NCBI GenBank assembly: GCA_963667035.1
Contig: OY762964.1
Span: forward strand, 2,528,001 to 2,592,000
Length of the DNA stretch: 64,000 nt
Direction: 5' to 3'
From: Candidatus Cloacimonadales bacterium
GTDB lineage: Bacteria; Cloacimonadota; Cloacimonadia; Cloacimonadales; JAFGVF01
Made by a program: the position numbers and the translations under genes. This document shows, one piece after another, positions 24,411 through 34,417 of the stretch (its first letter is position 1; each line of letters starts with the position of its first letter). The notes below the pieces were generated by a model. The model worked only from the letters and a program-made list of their open reading frames with translations. It searched no databases and was not told the origin of the DNA.

Positions 24411-25520
24411 ATGTACAATTGCCCTATATGTTCGAATGAGATGAAAAAGGTTCATGATAGTAGGGATATGCTATATCTATGTAATCATTGTGACTATTCC
24501 ATCTCTAGCATATCTGCTTTGCTAAATGAGAATAGAGATAGAAACAAGATTTTATCCCTGAGATTTGACGTAACCAATAATGGAAAGCCTAGAGATCTAT
24601 GCCCGGGATGTGGAAGAGCAATGAAGGCTAAGCAAGTGAGAGATTATGATGGAGCTCCATTAATAGAAGTATGTCCTCTTTGTAACTATTTTTTCATACC
24701 AGTGAAGACTTTAGCTGAGATCCCGAAAGTAAAGCAGAAAAGTGAGAGCATAAAAGATATAGAAACCGGAAATTTTAAAAAGAATTTCAGGAAAATAGAC
24801 AGTAACGCCCAAGCTCAGTTAACTCTAAACAAAGCGTATCATGAAAATAAGTATAGATTCGGAAGATTGAAAGATCATGTAACGATAAAACATATGTTCT
24901 TCCCTGAGCTTATTGATGTTACCGTATTTGAAACACCTGCTTATGTTACATACGTCTATGCTATCATTCTGGCAATTGTAAGTATCCTTTATCATGCTAC
25001 AGACTTTTTAAAATCAAATGCAGAATTTAACAGTTTTGGTTCAGTTGATATGATTCGTCAGTTGTTCGTTGTTGATAGATATACTACAATTTTTTCTTTC
25101 TTTTTTCTCATTGCATCAGGAAGAGTAATTGAGGGGATTGTCGGTCCATTTAGATTTTTCATCTATTTGCTGGGAATCTACCTAGTCCATATATTGGGAG
25201 TATTCTTTCTATTCGGAGATTCTGTAACTGCCCCCACAATGTTCATAACAACAATCTTTTTATCATTTGTAATTCTGTTTCCCAAACTGGACATGTTGGG
25301 AGCAATATGGCTATATATTCACATATTCCCTTATGTTATCAAAGTATGGTTCTTCGGTTTAATATACTTCAGTATATATATCTACAGAACTCTAAGTAAG
25401 AGCGAGCCAAACATGAGTATTATATATGTATTGGGAATATCATTAGTACTGGCAATTATCTTAATTTTAGTGTCAGGAGGTAGACAAAAAATGTATGAAG
25501 AAGGAGATATCTCTGCTTGA
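24411..25520 (+). CDS. Zn-ribbon plus rhomboid-like membrane protein
   Basis: Four CxxC pairs (CPIC, CNHC, CPGC, CPLC), then multiple TMs including GRVIEGIVGPFRFFIYLLG; no GxSG motif seen. Confidence 0.6.
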   Translation: MYNCPICSNEMKKVHDSRDMLYLCNHCDYSISSISALLNENRDRNKILSLRFDVTNNGKPRDLCPGCGRAMKAKQVRDYDGAPLIEVCPLCNYFFIPVKTLAEIPKVKQKSESIKDIETGNFKKNFRKIDSNAQAQLTLNKAYHENKYRFGRLKDHVTIKHMFFPELIDVTVFETPAYVTYVYAIILAIVSILYHATDFLKSNAEFNSFGSVDMIRQLFVVDRYTTIFSFFFLIASGRVIEGIVGPFRFFIYLLGIYLVHILGVFFLFGDSVTAPTMFITTIFLSFVILFPKLDMLGAIWLYIHIFPYVIKVWFFGLIYFSIYIYRTLSKSEPNMSIIYVLGISLVLAIILILVSGGRQKMYEEGDISA

Positions 25521-25524
25521 TATA

Positions 25525-25980
25525 TCAATCAGATAACAGTAGTTTTACCAACTTCTCTAGTTCTTCCTTATCAATATCATCAAAAGCATTAAGTTTGTAG
25601 CTATCTATATCAAGCACTGCGACAAATTTACTTTCACTGTCATAAATTGGTGCGACAATCTCCGAGTTTGTTCGACTATCACAAGCAATGTGTCCGGGAA
25701 ATTCATTAACATCACTAACTACTATAGTACGTTTATTATTGATTGCAGCCCAGCATACTCCAGTACCAGTCGCTAGCTCTTGGCAAGCAACAGGTCCCTG
25801 ATAAGAAAGAACTGTCAACTTACCATCAACTAATTGATAATAACCGGACCAGGATACATCTTCAAGTTTATGGAATAACAGAGCTGATAAAGTTGCCATT
25901 CTAGCGTAAGTATTAGTAGTTTTCTCAATTAATTCTCTGAATTGTGTATTTATTCTCAAGTATCTCGTTCTTTTGTCCAT
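25525..25980 (-). CDS. GAF domain protein, free methionine-R-sulfoxide reductase (MsrC/YebR)-like
   Basis: YQGPVAC, GVCWAA, FPGHIACD, SEIVAP, VLDIDS motifs. Confidence 0.85.
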   Translation of the reverse strand: MDKRTRYLRINTQFRELIEKTTNTYARMATLSALLFHKLEDVSWSGYYQLVDGKLTVLSYQGPVACQELATGTGVCWAAINNKRTIVVSDVNEFPGHIACDSRTNSEIVAPIYDSESKFVAVLDIDSYKLNAFDDIDKEELEKLVKLLLSD

Positions 25981-25994
25981 AATTAGCTCTTTTC

Positions 25995-27017
25995 TTAATT
26001 ATTCTTTTCTTCTACATTTAACTTAATCCCTTCACCACAATTCCGACAAATCTCAAACCTGCTCCTGTCCTTCAAGATTGCATTTCTGAAACGATTAAAT
26101 GAATCACTATGAAACAAATCATAAAAGCTATGATTAGCTATATTACCAATTTTAACTGAACCTTCTTTGTCAAAGCAGCATACAGCCATATCTCCATTCC
26201 AGTTGATTACCGGATTAATCCACACTCTTTTACACCTATTCTTGATACCGAATTTTAGTTCAAAATCTCCATTAACTACCTTGTAACGTCTAAACTTAGG
26301 ATTTAATGGAAGATAAGTCGTAATGTCCTCTTTTGAATAAATTTGAGCTGTCTTTAGGCGTAGCTGGTCTACATTAAGCTCTTTAGCAAGCTTGCGAATG
26401 GATCCTATTTCATGCTCATTGTGCCTTAAAACTAAAAATTGAAGTTCAACTACAGGTGTAGAGGAATTCAGTCTTTTCTTGGCATCCATAATCGCTGTTA
26501 TGTTAGTAATTACCTTATCTAAGACTCCGTTTACTCTATACTTGTTATAAGTCTCTTGAGTTGAGCCATCCATTGATACAATTAAGCGATCTAATCCTGA
26601 CTTTACTACTTCTTCAGCATCTAAAGGTGCATTTGCATTAGTGGAAGAGAGAGTGTAAAGACCTTTCTCATGGGCATAGTGTATCATTTCAGTAAATCTG
26701 GGGTGTAAGAAAGACTCCCCTTGATTCCACAACACAACAATATAACTATATCTACTAATTTGATTAATTGTCCTTTTGAACAATTCGAAATCCATGAATC
26801 CTTTGGCTCTTTTTAATGAGCCATTCCCCGAAGGACATAATGGACACTTTAAGTTACATATATCTGTTGGTTCTATCATAACCGCAGTAGGATAACCCCA
26901 TACGATAGCCCTCTTGAATAAATTAGAAAGGGTTAAAGATGAATAAATCTTTATTGCGTTAACAGACTTTCTAAGGTTGAACATTCTTTTGACTAGGAGT
27001 AGATTTGATTTTAGCAT
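25995..27017 (-). CDS. Radical SAM / SPASM-twitch domain protein
   Basis: CNLKCPLC motif; C-terminal C..W, VCCFD, CRNC. Confidence 0.9.
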   Translation of the reverse strand: MLKSNLLLVKRMFNLRKSVNAIKIYSSLTLSNLFKRAIVWGYPTAVMIEPTDICNLKCPLCPSGNGSLKRAKGFMDFELFKRTINQISRYSYIVVLWNQGESFLHPRFTEMIHYAHEKGLYTLSSTNANAPLDAEEVVKSGLDRLIVSMDGSTQETYNKYRVNGVLDKVITNITAIMDAKKRLNSSTPVVELQFLVLRHNEHEIGSIRKLAKELNVDQLRLKTAQIYSKEDITTYLPLNPKFRRYKVVNGDFELKFGIKNRCKRVWINPVINWNGDMAVCCFDKEGSVKIGNIANHSFYDLFHSDSFNRFRNAILKDRSRFEICRNCGEGIKLNVEEKNN

Positions 27018-27035
27018 ATTATTCCAGAAGTAATG

Positions 27036-27064
27036 AAAAGGAGGAGTGAGAAACTCCTCCTTTT
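27036..27064 (-). terminator. Intrinsic terminator after porU-like gene
   Basis: AAAAGGAGGAGT-GAGAA-ACTCCTCCTTTT. Confidence 0.7.
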
Positions 27065-27072
27065 TATAAATA

Positions 27073-30000
27073 TTATTTATCGAAAATTACCAGTTTTTGA
27101 GTCTTTTCAAGACTTTTACCGGTTTCCTTGGATTTTGTTTTTAGTTTCAAGAAGTAAGTGTTATTAGCTATCTTACTTCCTCTATCATCTCTGCCATTCC
27201 ATGGTATCTGTATATAACCACTACCGGAGCCTTTAAGAGTCTTAATTTTTTTACCTGAAATTGTATAAATCTTGATTGAATAATCGGAAAGTTCATTGAC
27301 TCTGAAAGTCAAATAACCACCTGATTTTGGCATAGGATTAGGGTAAGGAAGGAAGTCCAATATTGAATAACCGACTGTATCGGTAGTAACAAAGTCAATA
27401 GCCTTAATTGATGGATTGTTATAGTTATCAAAGACCACAAGTGTTGCTTTATGTCTACCAGGTTCAAGATTTGATAATACCATCTCTAGTGTACCTTGCT
27501 TATACGAATCAATGTCATAAACAAAATAGTCAGTCAAATCATAAAGAGCTTCATTATCATCCATATCCAGCAAAATCTTGTGTCCCGGAGAGCCAAGTGT
27601 ATTAACACCTGATTCATCGTTTATTGTAGCATGAAACAATGGTTCGTTACTCACTATATCGCCTGACACAAAACTTTTATCATCAAGCCAGATAGAAACT
27701 TCAGGAGCAGTAACATCTATTACTTGAATGTGAGAATCATCATAACTAATTGGGGAAAGGACACTAACATAATCTTGTTGCTTTACATTATCGTAGTAAT
27801 AGGCAATTGTTCTTCCCAAGTCTCCTTCCCTAATATCATCGGGGACTATAAATGTTGCATTATATTCACCATTTTTGACACTCACTTCTCCATTGTAGAA
27901 AGGTAATCCATTAACTGAATAAGACTGTAAATTAGGAAGCTCACTTACTTTATCATTGTCTATAGCTCTGAATTCAGCATAGCCATCAGAAACATTGTTT
28001 AAGAACTTACCTTTAATACTGATCTTTTCTCTTGAATTGATTACTGTATCTTCTTTATCCACTAAAACAGTTTCAGTATCTCGTGGTGGAGGTACCAGAT
28101 ACAGCATCGGGTCACCTAAAAGAACATACTTTTTATCATTTGTTGCATAAGGAGAGTCGTCTTTGGCTAACATAAGTGATTCTCCAAGCGATAGTCTTTC
28201 ATTACAGTTATATCTTAGAAAATGCTTAATTAGTTCAGTGTTCTGAGTACCATAACATTCTCTTGTAGCAGAAATTGTGGCTATTGCCCCTCCGTTATTA
28301 GCAAACAACAATTGCTCTCCAAGACTATCAAAGTTATAACTATCAAATTCCCCGACATCACAAGAAGCCGCAATGAAAAGATTTAACTTATCATTATTGT
28401 TTAGTTTTGAAATATCTGTGATAGCATTGAAATAATCCTCTGTACCAAGTTTGTCATAAGAACCATGGCCAACATAGTACCAGATAAGTGTTCCATCGTT
28501 TATTGATTGCACAAATTTATCTCTTACTTCCGGTTTATTTTGATATTCATCCATTTCATAATCTATTGCAAAAATCTTTTTGGTGATTATACTTCTATCC
28601 AATGTTTCAGAAGCTGCTTGAATCTGAGCCGAATGATAGTATTCTCCTGTAGCTGATCCATTACGGTCATCATCAGCAAGTAACAAAGCTGTATTTCTCC
28701 ACCATCCTGGATTAATCGTTTTATTCCAATTCTCAATTCTATCTATCTGTAGATTTAATTGTTCCACCGTCTGAGCTGGTATCCTGCCAATTGGTACTTC
28801 GGGCCTAGCATTTTGCCTTAACATGACAAAATAATCATCACTGGCAATAGACTCTTCTTGATATACCATCATCTTGTTTTTACTTCCGGCATTACCTGAG
28901 TTATTACGCCAATCATAAGTTCCTGAGCCAAGTAAAACAACAGCCATATTCTCAGCATTTGGATTTACTTCAGCTAAATGATAGATATATAACCTAATAG
29001 CTCCCGGATCATCCATGCCTCCGTTAAACTGATCAAGAATTCTATCAAGTGATGCTACTTTACAATTAAGATTTCTCTCTGATTGATAGATTTGTGCCAA
29101 ATCATTAGCCTGTTCAATGAACTCTTGAGGAGTTATGATTAAATAGTCTATCGCTACAGACAATGAATAGTCTTCCGGATAATATGCTTCAATCGCATTA
29201 GGACTTATAAAATCCGAGTTTTGAGCAATAAAATAATTAGTTGGTTGAGTATAAGAGCTATTTACTATATTACAGTCAGCAATAAAGTTGAAACTGGTTC
29301 CATTAGAAGAATGAGGAACTAGCCATGTCTTGTTAAAGTCATCAACCTGCATCACATAAACATCATTGCTATTATCTTTCGTAAACTGAAAATCGGTAAT
29401 CTGATTCTCATCGAAATCCATTATTGAAATCATATATTGCTTATTAGACCTCTTCATAAACAACTTATCGTAAGTCATCTGCATGTAATCTAAGAGAATA
29501 TCATCACTACGAGATCTTACTACCTCAATTAAAATGGAGTTTGCTCCATTAATCGGATTATAATCCGATGAACTGATGAATCTTGCAGACTGACCGGTCC
29601 AAGAAGTATTAGCAATTATTTTATTATTCACTTCAAGATTAAGATGATGCCCATTACCATACTGCTCAGATGCTGTTTCTCTAACTGACATTTCAAATCG
29701 TTTATAACTACTTTGAGTTTCTGCTACATCTTGTAAGTCTATATTGAAACTATAAGAAGCAGTTGAACTTCCACTCATTAAATAATCATACCATTCAAAA
29801 CCCATCTGAGTCCTTCTGTATCTTTCGCTCTCTCTTCTAACAACAAAAGGATATTGTGTTATTGTTCTCTCAACATCTTCTGAATCATAAGATGGAAGAT
29901 ATGAAAGCCTCTTAGGTGGCTCTGAGAAATTTCCTCCAAAAGTCAGCCAATAAACTGTTTCGGCTGAATAAGGATTTTTATAGTACGATTGACCAATCGC

Positions 30001-30939
30001 TAAATTCTTTTTCCTTAAGTCTCTGCTTTCAACATATAAAATTATTTTGTCCGAACTATCGAAAGAACCGTCAGCTTCACCTTCTATGAGAATAGGAATT
30101 TCCTCTAGTGGATCCCCCTTTTCTTCAACATTATAGCTTAATAATTTACCACCTGTTGAAAGAATACGAATAGTTCTTGGGTCTATATCATCCAGTGGCA
30201 AAGCACTTAAATCAGAGGCTGTAATTGACATTATTCCCTGTTGATTAGTTTTAAATTTATACCAATGGTTTGATAATGACCAATCAATAAAATTTATTTG
30301 AGATTCTTCACGATTCACTTTCCATTCTTTTGCGGTATTCAAGTTAACAAATAGATGAGAAATAAGCTTAGCTTCTTTTGAAGAATGATTTCTCTTGGCT
30401 CTAACATTACCTGATATATTAATAGTGATGTCAAACTTTGTGCCAATATCTAATCTACCTTTATCCGCTTTATAACTAACGGGATATATTCTTACTGGGA
30501 AAAATGCTGATGTTCTGTATTCAGTATATTCACCCTTTTCAATTCTAATATCTCCTCTATAAATCTCATAGCTACTTGCCTGAGAATAATTATATTCACT
30601 TACTTCTTTACCTTTAATAATAGAGGGTACCGGCATTAATGGTAGATTCAGGCTTTCTGATTCTATTTCTAATATCTGCATTTTTACATCTATATTTCCA
30701 TTTTGCGGTACAGCTACTTTAAATTCGTAAAATGGTAACTCAGGTGTTCCTATAGGACTGTCCCAAGACACATTTTCTACGTTCAGGCGACTATAGTTAT
30801 TGAATTCTTCAATTGTGTATTTATCAAGCTCATAATGGAGCTGCAGTTGTGTTTCACTATCTAATCTGACTTCCATCACTGCAAAGGCAGTAGTAACTAC
30901 AAACAGTAATAGAAAGCAGAGTATATATCTTGCTTTCAT
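27073..30939 (-). CDS. porU: PorU-like T9SS sortase / C25 (gingipain-family) cysteine peptidase
   Basis: Signal peptide and propeptide; C25 motifs SDDYF, GRIPA, YVGHG (His), ASCDVGEFD (Cys), LLGDP; PorU-type C-terminus (DESGVN..GH, FDNYNN) and PYPNP C-terminal domain. Confidence 0.8.
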   Translation of the reverse strand: MKARYILCFLLLFVVTTAFAVMEVRLDSETQLQLHYELDKYTIEEFNNYSRLNVENVSWDSPIGTPELPFYEFKVAVPQNGNIDVKMQILEIESESLNLPLMPVPSIIKGKEVSEYNYSQASSYEIYRGDIRIEKGEYTEYRTSAFFPVRIYPVSYKADKGRLDIGTKFDITINISGNVRAKRNHSSKEAKLISHLFVNLNTAKEWKVNREESQINFIDWSLSNHWYKFKTNQQGIMSITASDLSALPLDDIDPRTIRILSTGGKLLSYNVEEKGDPLEEIPILIEGEADGSFDSSDKIILYVESRDLRKKNLAIGQSYYKNPYSAETVYWLTFGGNFSEPPKRLSYLPSYDSEDVERTITQYPFVVRRESERYRRTQMGFEWYDYLMSGSSTASYSFNIDLQDVAETQSSYKRFEMSVRETASEQYGNGHHLNLEVNNKIIANTSWTGQSARFISSSDYNPINGANSILIEVVRSRSDDILLDYMQMTYDKLFMKRSNKQYMISIMDFDENQITDFQFTKDNSNDVYVMQVDDFNKTWLVPHSSNGTSFNFIADCNIVNSSYTQPTNYFIAQNSDFISPNAIEAYYPEDYSLSVAIDYLIITPQEFIEQANDLAQIYQSERNLNCKVASLDRILDQFNGGMDDPGAIRLYIYHLAEVNPNAENMAVVLLGSGTYDWRNNSGNAGSKNKMMVYQEESIASDDYFVMLRQNARPEVPIGRIPAQTVEQLNLQIDRIENWNKTINPGWWRNTALLLADDDRNGSATGEYYHSAQIQAASETLDRSIITKKIFAIDYEMDEYQNKPEVRDKFVQSINDGTLIWYYVGHGSYDKLGTEDYFNAITDISKLNNNDKLNLFIAASCDVGEFDSYNFDSLGEQLLFANNGGAIATISATRECYGTQNTELIKHFLRYNCNERLSLGESLMLAKDDSPYATNDKKYVLLGDPMLYLVPPPRDTETVLVDKEDTVINSREKISIKGKFLNNVSDGYAEFRAIDNDKVSELPNLQSYSVNGLPFYNGEVSVKNGEYNATFIVPDDIREGDLGRTIAYYYDNVKQQDYVSVLSPISYDDSHIQVIDVTAPEVSIWLDDKSFVSGDIVSNEPLFHATINDESGVNTLGSPGHKILLDMDDNEALYDLTDYFVYDIDSYKQGTLEMVLSNLEPGRHKATLVVFDNYNNPSIKAIDFVTTDTVGYSILDFLPYPNPMPKSGGYLTFRVNELSDYSIKIYTISGKKIKTLKGSGSGYIQIPWNGRDDRGSKIANNTYFLKLKTKSKETGKSLEKTQKLVIFDK

Positions 30940-31146
30940 CTTTCCTCCTGCAAAAAAACAAGTTCCTTAAAGTCTGGTAAAAATTATATTCGTCGCTTAC
31001 ATGCAACACTTCTACTTAAATTATCGTCCCTAATAAGATAACCAATATCCTCCTTCAAGGTAACTCAATCAAATATTAAATGCTTGACGCATCTATTAAA
31101 ACTGCGACTCCGTCTTTAAGCATAAAATAAATATACAGGAGATTAT

Positions 31147-31686
31147 ATGAACTGGTACATTAACGCAGTCACAGCTCATCCCATATATATGGCTATGATT
31201 CAATTTGCCATTTTAGGTACTCTGGGCGATTTTATATCTAAATGGATTTTTGCCAAGAAAATATTTTTACCATTCTCGCCATTAATGACTTTATGGAAAA
31301 TGATAGAATGGGCCATATTGGCTGTCTTAATCAAAGGAGCCTTTGTTGGATACGCAGAAGGACAAATCCCTGCAATCATTCATCATTTTTTCCCTAAAGC
31401 AATTGAAAGCATTATTCCGGGAACATTCCTATTCGCTTTGTTAGTATCATCTTTCATGAATCTACAATTTGGATTAACTCTAGTTCTCGGTCATAGAGTT
31501 CTAGATAACTTACCCTTAAAAGAAAAGAATTGGAAAGGTTTAGAAAAGGGTATTTTCAGTCTGATTTGGTTCTGGATTCCTGCTCATACAGTTACCTTTA
31601 TGCTACCCAAGCCATACCAAATTGGACTAGCGGCTCTTTGGTCTGTTGTCCTTGGTTTAATTCTTGGTCTTAATAATAAAAAATAA
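31147..31686 (+). CDS. Membrane protein, Mpv17/PMP22-like
   Basis: LGTLGDFISK and WFWIPAHTVTFMLP motifs, several TMs. Confidence 0.6.
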   Translation: MNWYINAVTAHPIYMAMIQFAILGTLGDFISKWIFAKKIFLPFSPLMTLWKMIEWAILAVLIKGAFVGYAEGQIPAIIHHFFPKAIESIIPGTFLFALLVSSFMNLQFGLTLVLGHRVLDNLPLKEKNWKGLEKGIFSLIWFWIPAHTVTFMLPKPYQIGLAALWSVVLGLILGLNNKK

Positions 31687-31704
31687 AATGCCCAACGAAT
31701 AAGC

Positions 31705-31732
31705 AAAGCCTGTTGTATTTCCAACAGGCTTT
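31705..31732. terminator. Bidirectional intrinsic terminator (near-copy at 34374-34399)
   Basis: AAAGCCTGTTG-TATTTC-CAACAGGCTTT between convergent genes. Confidence 0.7.
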
Positions 31733-31745
31733 TCTCTTTTTTATG

Positions 31746-33506
31746 TTATTTCAATAATATCATTTTATCTGACTTAACTCTATCTCCCGTATCAAGTTTA
31801 TAGATATATATACCACTAGAGACATGATGATTATTACAGTCAGTTCCATTCCATAAAACACTATGCTTCCCTTCTGAAAGACACATATTAACAAGTTGTT
31901 TTATATGCTGTCCCTTTAAATTATAAATATCAAGTTTAGTATCCCCTTGTTTCTGAATACTAAACTCTATAGTAGTTTCTGGATTAAATGGATTTGGATA
32001 ATTGGAAAGTTCAATATCTTTAGAAGAAACTATATTCTCATTAATTGCCACTCTATCGTTCATCGTAAAAGGAACTTTTATAATACCATGTTCATGAACA
32101 ATTCTCATATTCGCATAGATATAATAGTTTCTTACAGGAACATTTAGAGCTACTTGTAATGTTATCATCCCTCCATACTCTAGAGTAATCGGTAATGTAT
32201 CATGAATCGCCATAAGATAGGATTCTCCTTGACCTTCAAAGAAAATATCTTCAATAGTAATTCCATTAATAGAGTTATCATTAAACAATGTGATTTCTAA
32301 AGGTTCCTCTAAATCTCCATTAGTCTCAATAATTATTTCTTCTGGATATGCTCCCAAATAATGAATAGGAGTAATATCAACAATTGCACCCTCGCAGACT
32401 GTCATACCATAAGGCATTTCATCTGGTATCTGATACCAGCCATCAGCACTTCCACCCCATCCAAAGTTTATATGAAAAAATCCCTCGGAGTTGTATCCGT
32501 CTAAAACAACATTATGTCCATTATCCCAATTTGGAGTCACAACTGCATAGTGAACAGGTTTCCCGGATATCATATTCGCTGTTATTCTCTCGATTAAATC
32601 CGGAGATGAGTTATTCAACAATTCCATTTCTTGAAAATTCATCCTCTGATATGCTGAAAAGGCTTGTCCTACATTAAACGTCCCTGAACCTCCTGAACTA
32701 TAGACCTGCTCAGCCAAGACACCACTAGCAAAAACAAGGGCAGCTTTGTCGTTGTTAGTCAATTCTACTGAATGCCTCATGTGATACGAAGCAGAATCCA
32801 GATATGTATTTAAATCACTAAACGATGGAAACCCAAACATAGCATAATCATCATCAATCCTATAGGCATTACCTCCATAATTATGGTAATAGTCATCTAC
32901 ATCTGTAAACTCTTTTTCATTAAGGGTTGCATGATAGTTAACGATTTGTGCCATTGCTATAGCTGGGCATCCGGCATAGCTTCTACTATTAGATGTTAAA
33001 TCCATAGGACAAAACATGTTGTAAGGTACGGACTGTGACCATTCTGTTTGTATCCATCCTCCGGTTGTTGTCATTGATTGTGGAGGCCAATATTGAACTG
33101 TCAAAGATCCCCTATTACTCAGAATGCTATTCCATTTATGGTTTCTCTCTCTTACCATTTGTTCCGGTATATTAGAAACATTTTGTAATCTGTATAAAAT
33201 ATCACTAGTAATCAATTCAATGAATTCACTGTTATCATTTATATTGTGTTCTAATGAATAAGCTATTATAGGTGGTAGGTCATTATCTTTCGTAACAATA
33301 ATGAATCCTTGGGGACTTAGATTGTATATATTAGCAATTGTATGACCACAATCTGTAATTTCTCGACAAGATATAATTGTGTTATCAGCTGAAAGCACTT
33401 TTAGATGGCTATTAGCCACTGTTACCATCTCTGTATCAGAAACAGGAATTGCTGACAGTAAAGTAGCAAAAGCAAAAAGAATTGAATACAATAAGACCTT
33501 AAACAT
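31746..33506 (-). CDS. C10 (streptopain-like) cysteine peptidase with FlgD-Ig/T9SS-like C-terminal domain
   Basis: Propeptide, AGCPAIAMAQ (Cys), GHNVVLDGY (His), HINFGWGG; tail NYPNPFNPETTI..KMILLK. Confidence 0.9.
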   Translation of the reverse strand: MFKVLLYSILFAFATLLSAIPVSDTEMVTVANSHLKVLSADNTIISCREITDCGHTIANIYNLSPQGFIIVTKDNDLPPIIAYSLEHNINDNSEFIELITSDILYRLQNVSNIPEQMVRERNHKWNSILSNRGSLTVQYWPPQSMTTTGGWIQTEWSQSVPYNMFCPMDLTSNSRSYAGCPAIAMAQIVNYHATLNEKEFTDVDDYYHNYGGNAYRIDDDYAMFGFPSFSDLNTYLDSASYHMRHSVELTNNDKAALVFASGVLAEQVYSSGGSGTFNVGQAFSAYQRMNFQEMELLNNSSPDLIERITANMISGKPVHYAVVTPNWDNGHNVVLDGYNSEGFFHINFGWGGSADGWYQIPDEMPYGMTVCEGAIVDITPIHYLGAYPEEIIIETNGDLEEPLEITLFNDNSINGITIEDIFFEGQGESYLMAIHDTLPITLEYGGMITLQVALNVPVRNYYIYANMRIVHEHGIIKVPFTMNDRVAINENIVSSKDIELSNYPNPFNPETTIEFSIQKQGDTKLDIYNLKGQHIKQLVNMCLSEGKHSVLWNGTDCNNHHVSSGIYIYKLDTGDRVKSDKMILLK

Positions 33507-33665
33507 ATTATTAACTCCTCATAAAGTATTTCTCCACATTTATGTAAAATAATAAGTATCAGGAATTGTTGTCAATATAGTTATTTTCTAAGTCTTAAAG
33601 CTTACTGTACCTCTCCTCAATTTGCGGTAAAGGCTGTTACATTTAAGTATAATAATGAAATCATG

Positions 33666-34354
33666 ACCACCAGCTCAGCTGGTGGTTTGGACTCGCCCTA
33701 TAAGGGCGGACACTGACCAGGCTCTCGCCCTCTGAGAAAATGTCAGCTGCACAACTATTTCCGGATACCCCTAAAGGGATTGTTTTAATGCCTTAGTTTT
33801 CTTGCTTACCCGTAAACGGGTCAATAAACTCTTTGATTGTCATCTGATCAGAGAGTACATCTTCTTGGAGTTGTGACCTGACATAATTTGCTATTCGCTG
33901 TTCATTTTTGCCAACGGTATCGACAAAGTAGCCTCGACACCAAAATCGACGTTGACCATACTTGTATTTCAGTTGAGCATGTCGGTCAAAAACATCAGGC
34001 TACTCTTACCTTTAAGATATCCCATTATTGATGAAACACTATATTTCGGTGGTATTTTTATCAACATGTGAATGTGACCGGGGCAAGCCTCTGCTTCAAT
34101 GATTTCAATCTGTTTCCGTTCACATAATACTCGCAGTATCTCACCAATATCTTTTTTTAGTTTGCGATAAATTACCTGTCGTCGATACTTGGGTGCAAAG
34201 ACTATGTGGTATTTACAATTCCATGTAATATGTGATAATGTACTATTATCCATTATTCCTCCTTTGTTTATTTTGCAGCTGACACTACAAAGTTACGATG
34301 GAGGAATTTTTGTGCATAGCTAAAGCTTTTGGGAACCACCTGCAGAGCAGGTGG
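33666..34354 (-). mobile_element. IS200-type element (IS200/IS605 family, tnpA only)
   Basis: Subterminal hairpins ACCACCAGCT-C-AGCTGGTGGT (33666-33686) and CCACCTGC-AGA-GCAGGTGG (34336-34354) flank tnpA; exact ends uncertain. Confidence 0.85.
33793..34253 (-). pseudogene. tnpA: IS200 Y1 transposase TnpA, frameshifted
   Basis: CKYHIVFAPKYRR, HIH (HUH), KGKSS. One base is missing near 33990; the other frame continues FDRHAQLKYKYGQRRFWCRGYFVDTVGKN..NYVRSQ..IDPFTG to a TAA at 33793-33795. Confidence 0.88.
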
Positions 34355-34417
34355 ATTTCGTTACACATGTAAAGAGCCTGTTGTATTACCAACAGACTCC
34401 CATATATTAAGCGAGTA

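Noticed and set aside
33666..34354. IS605-type element with TnpB and omega-RNA
   Set aside because: There is no room or ORF for tnpB between the end hairpins.
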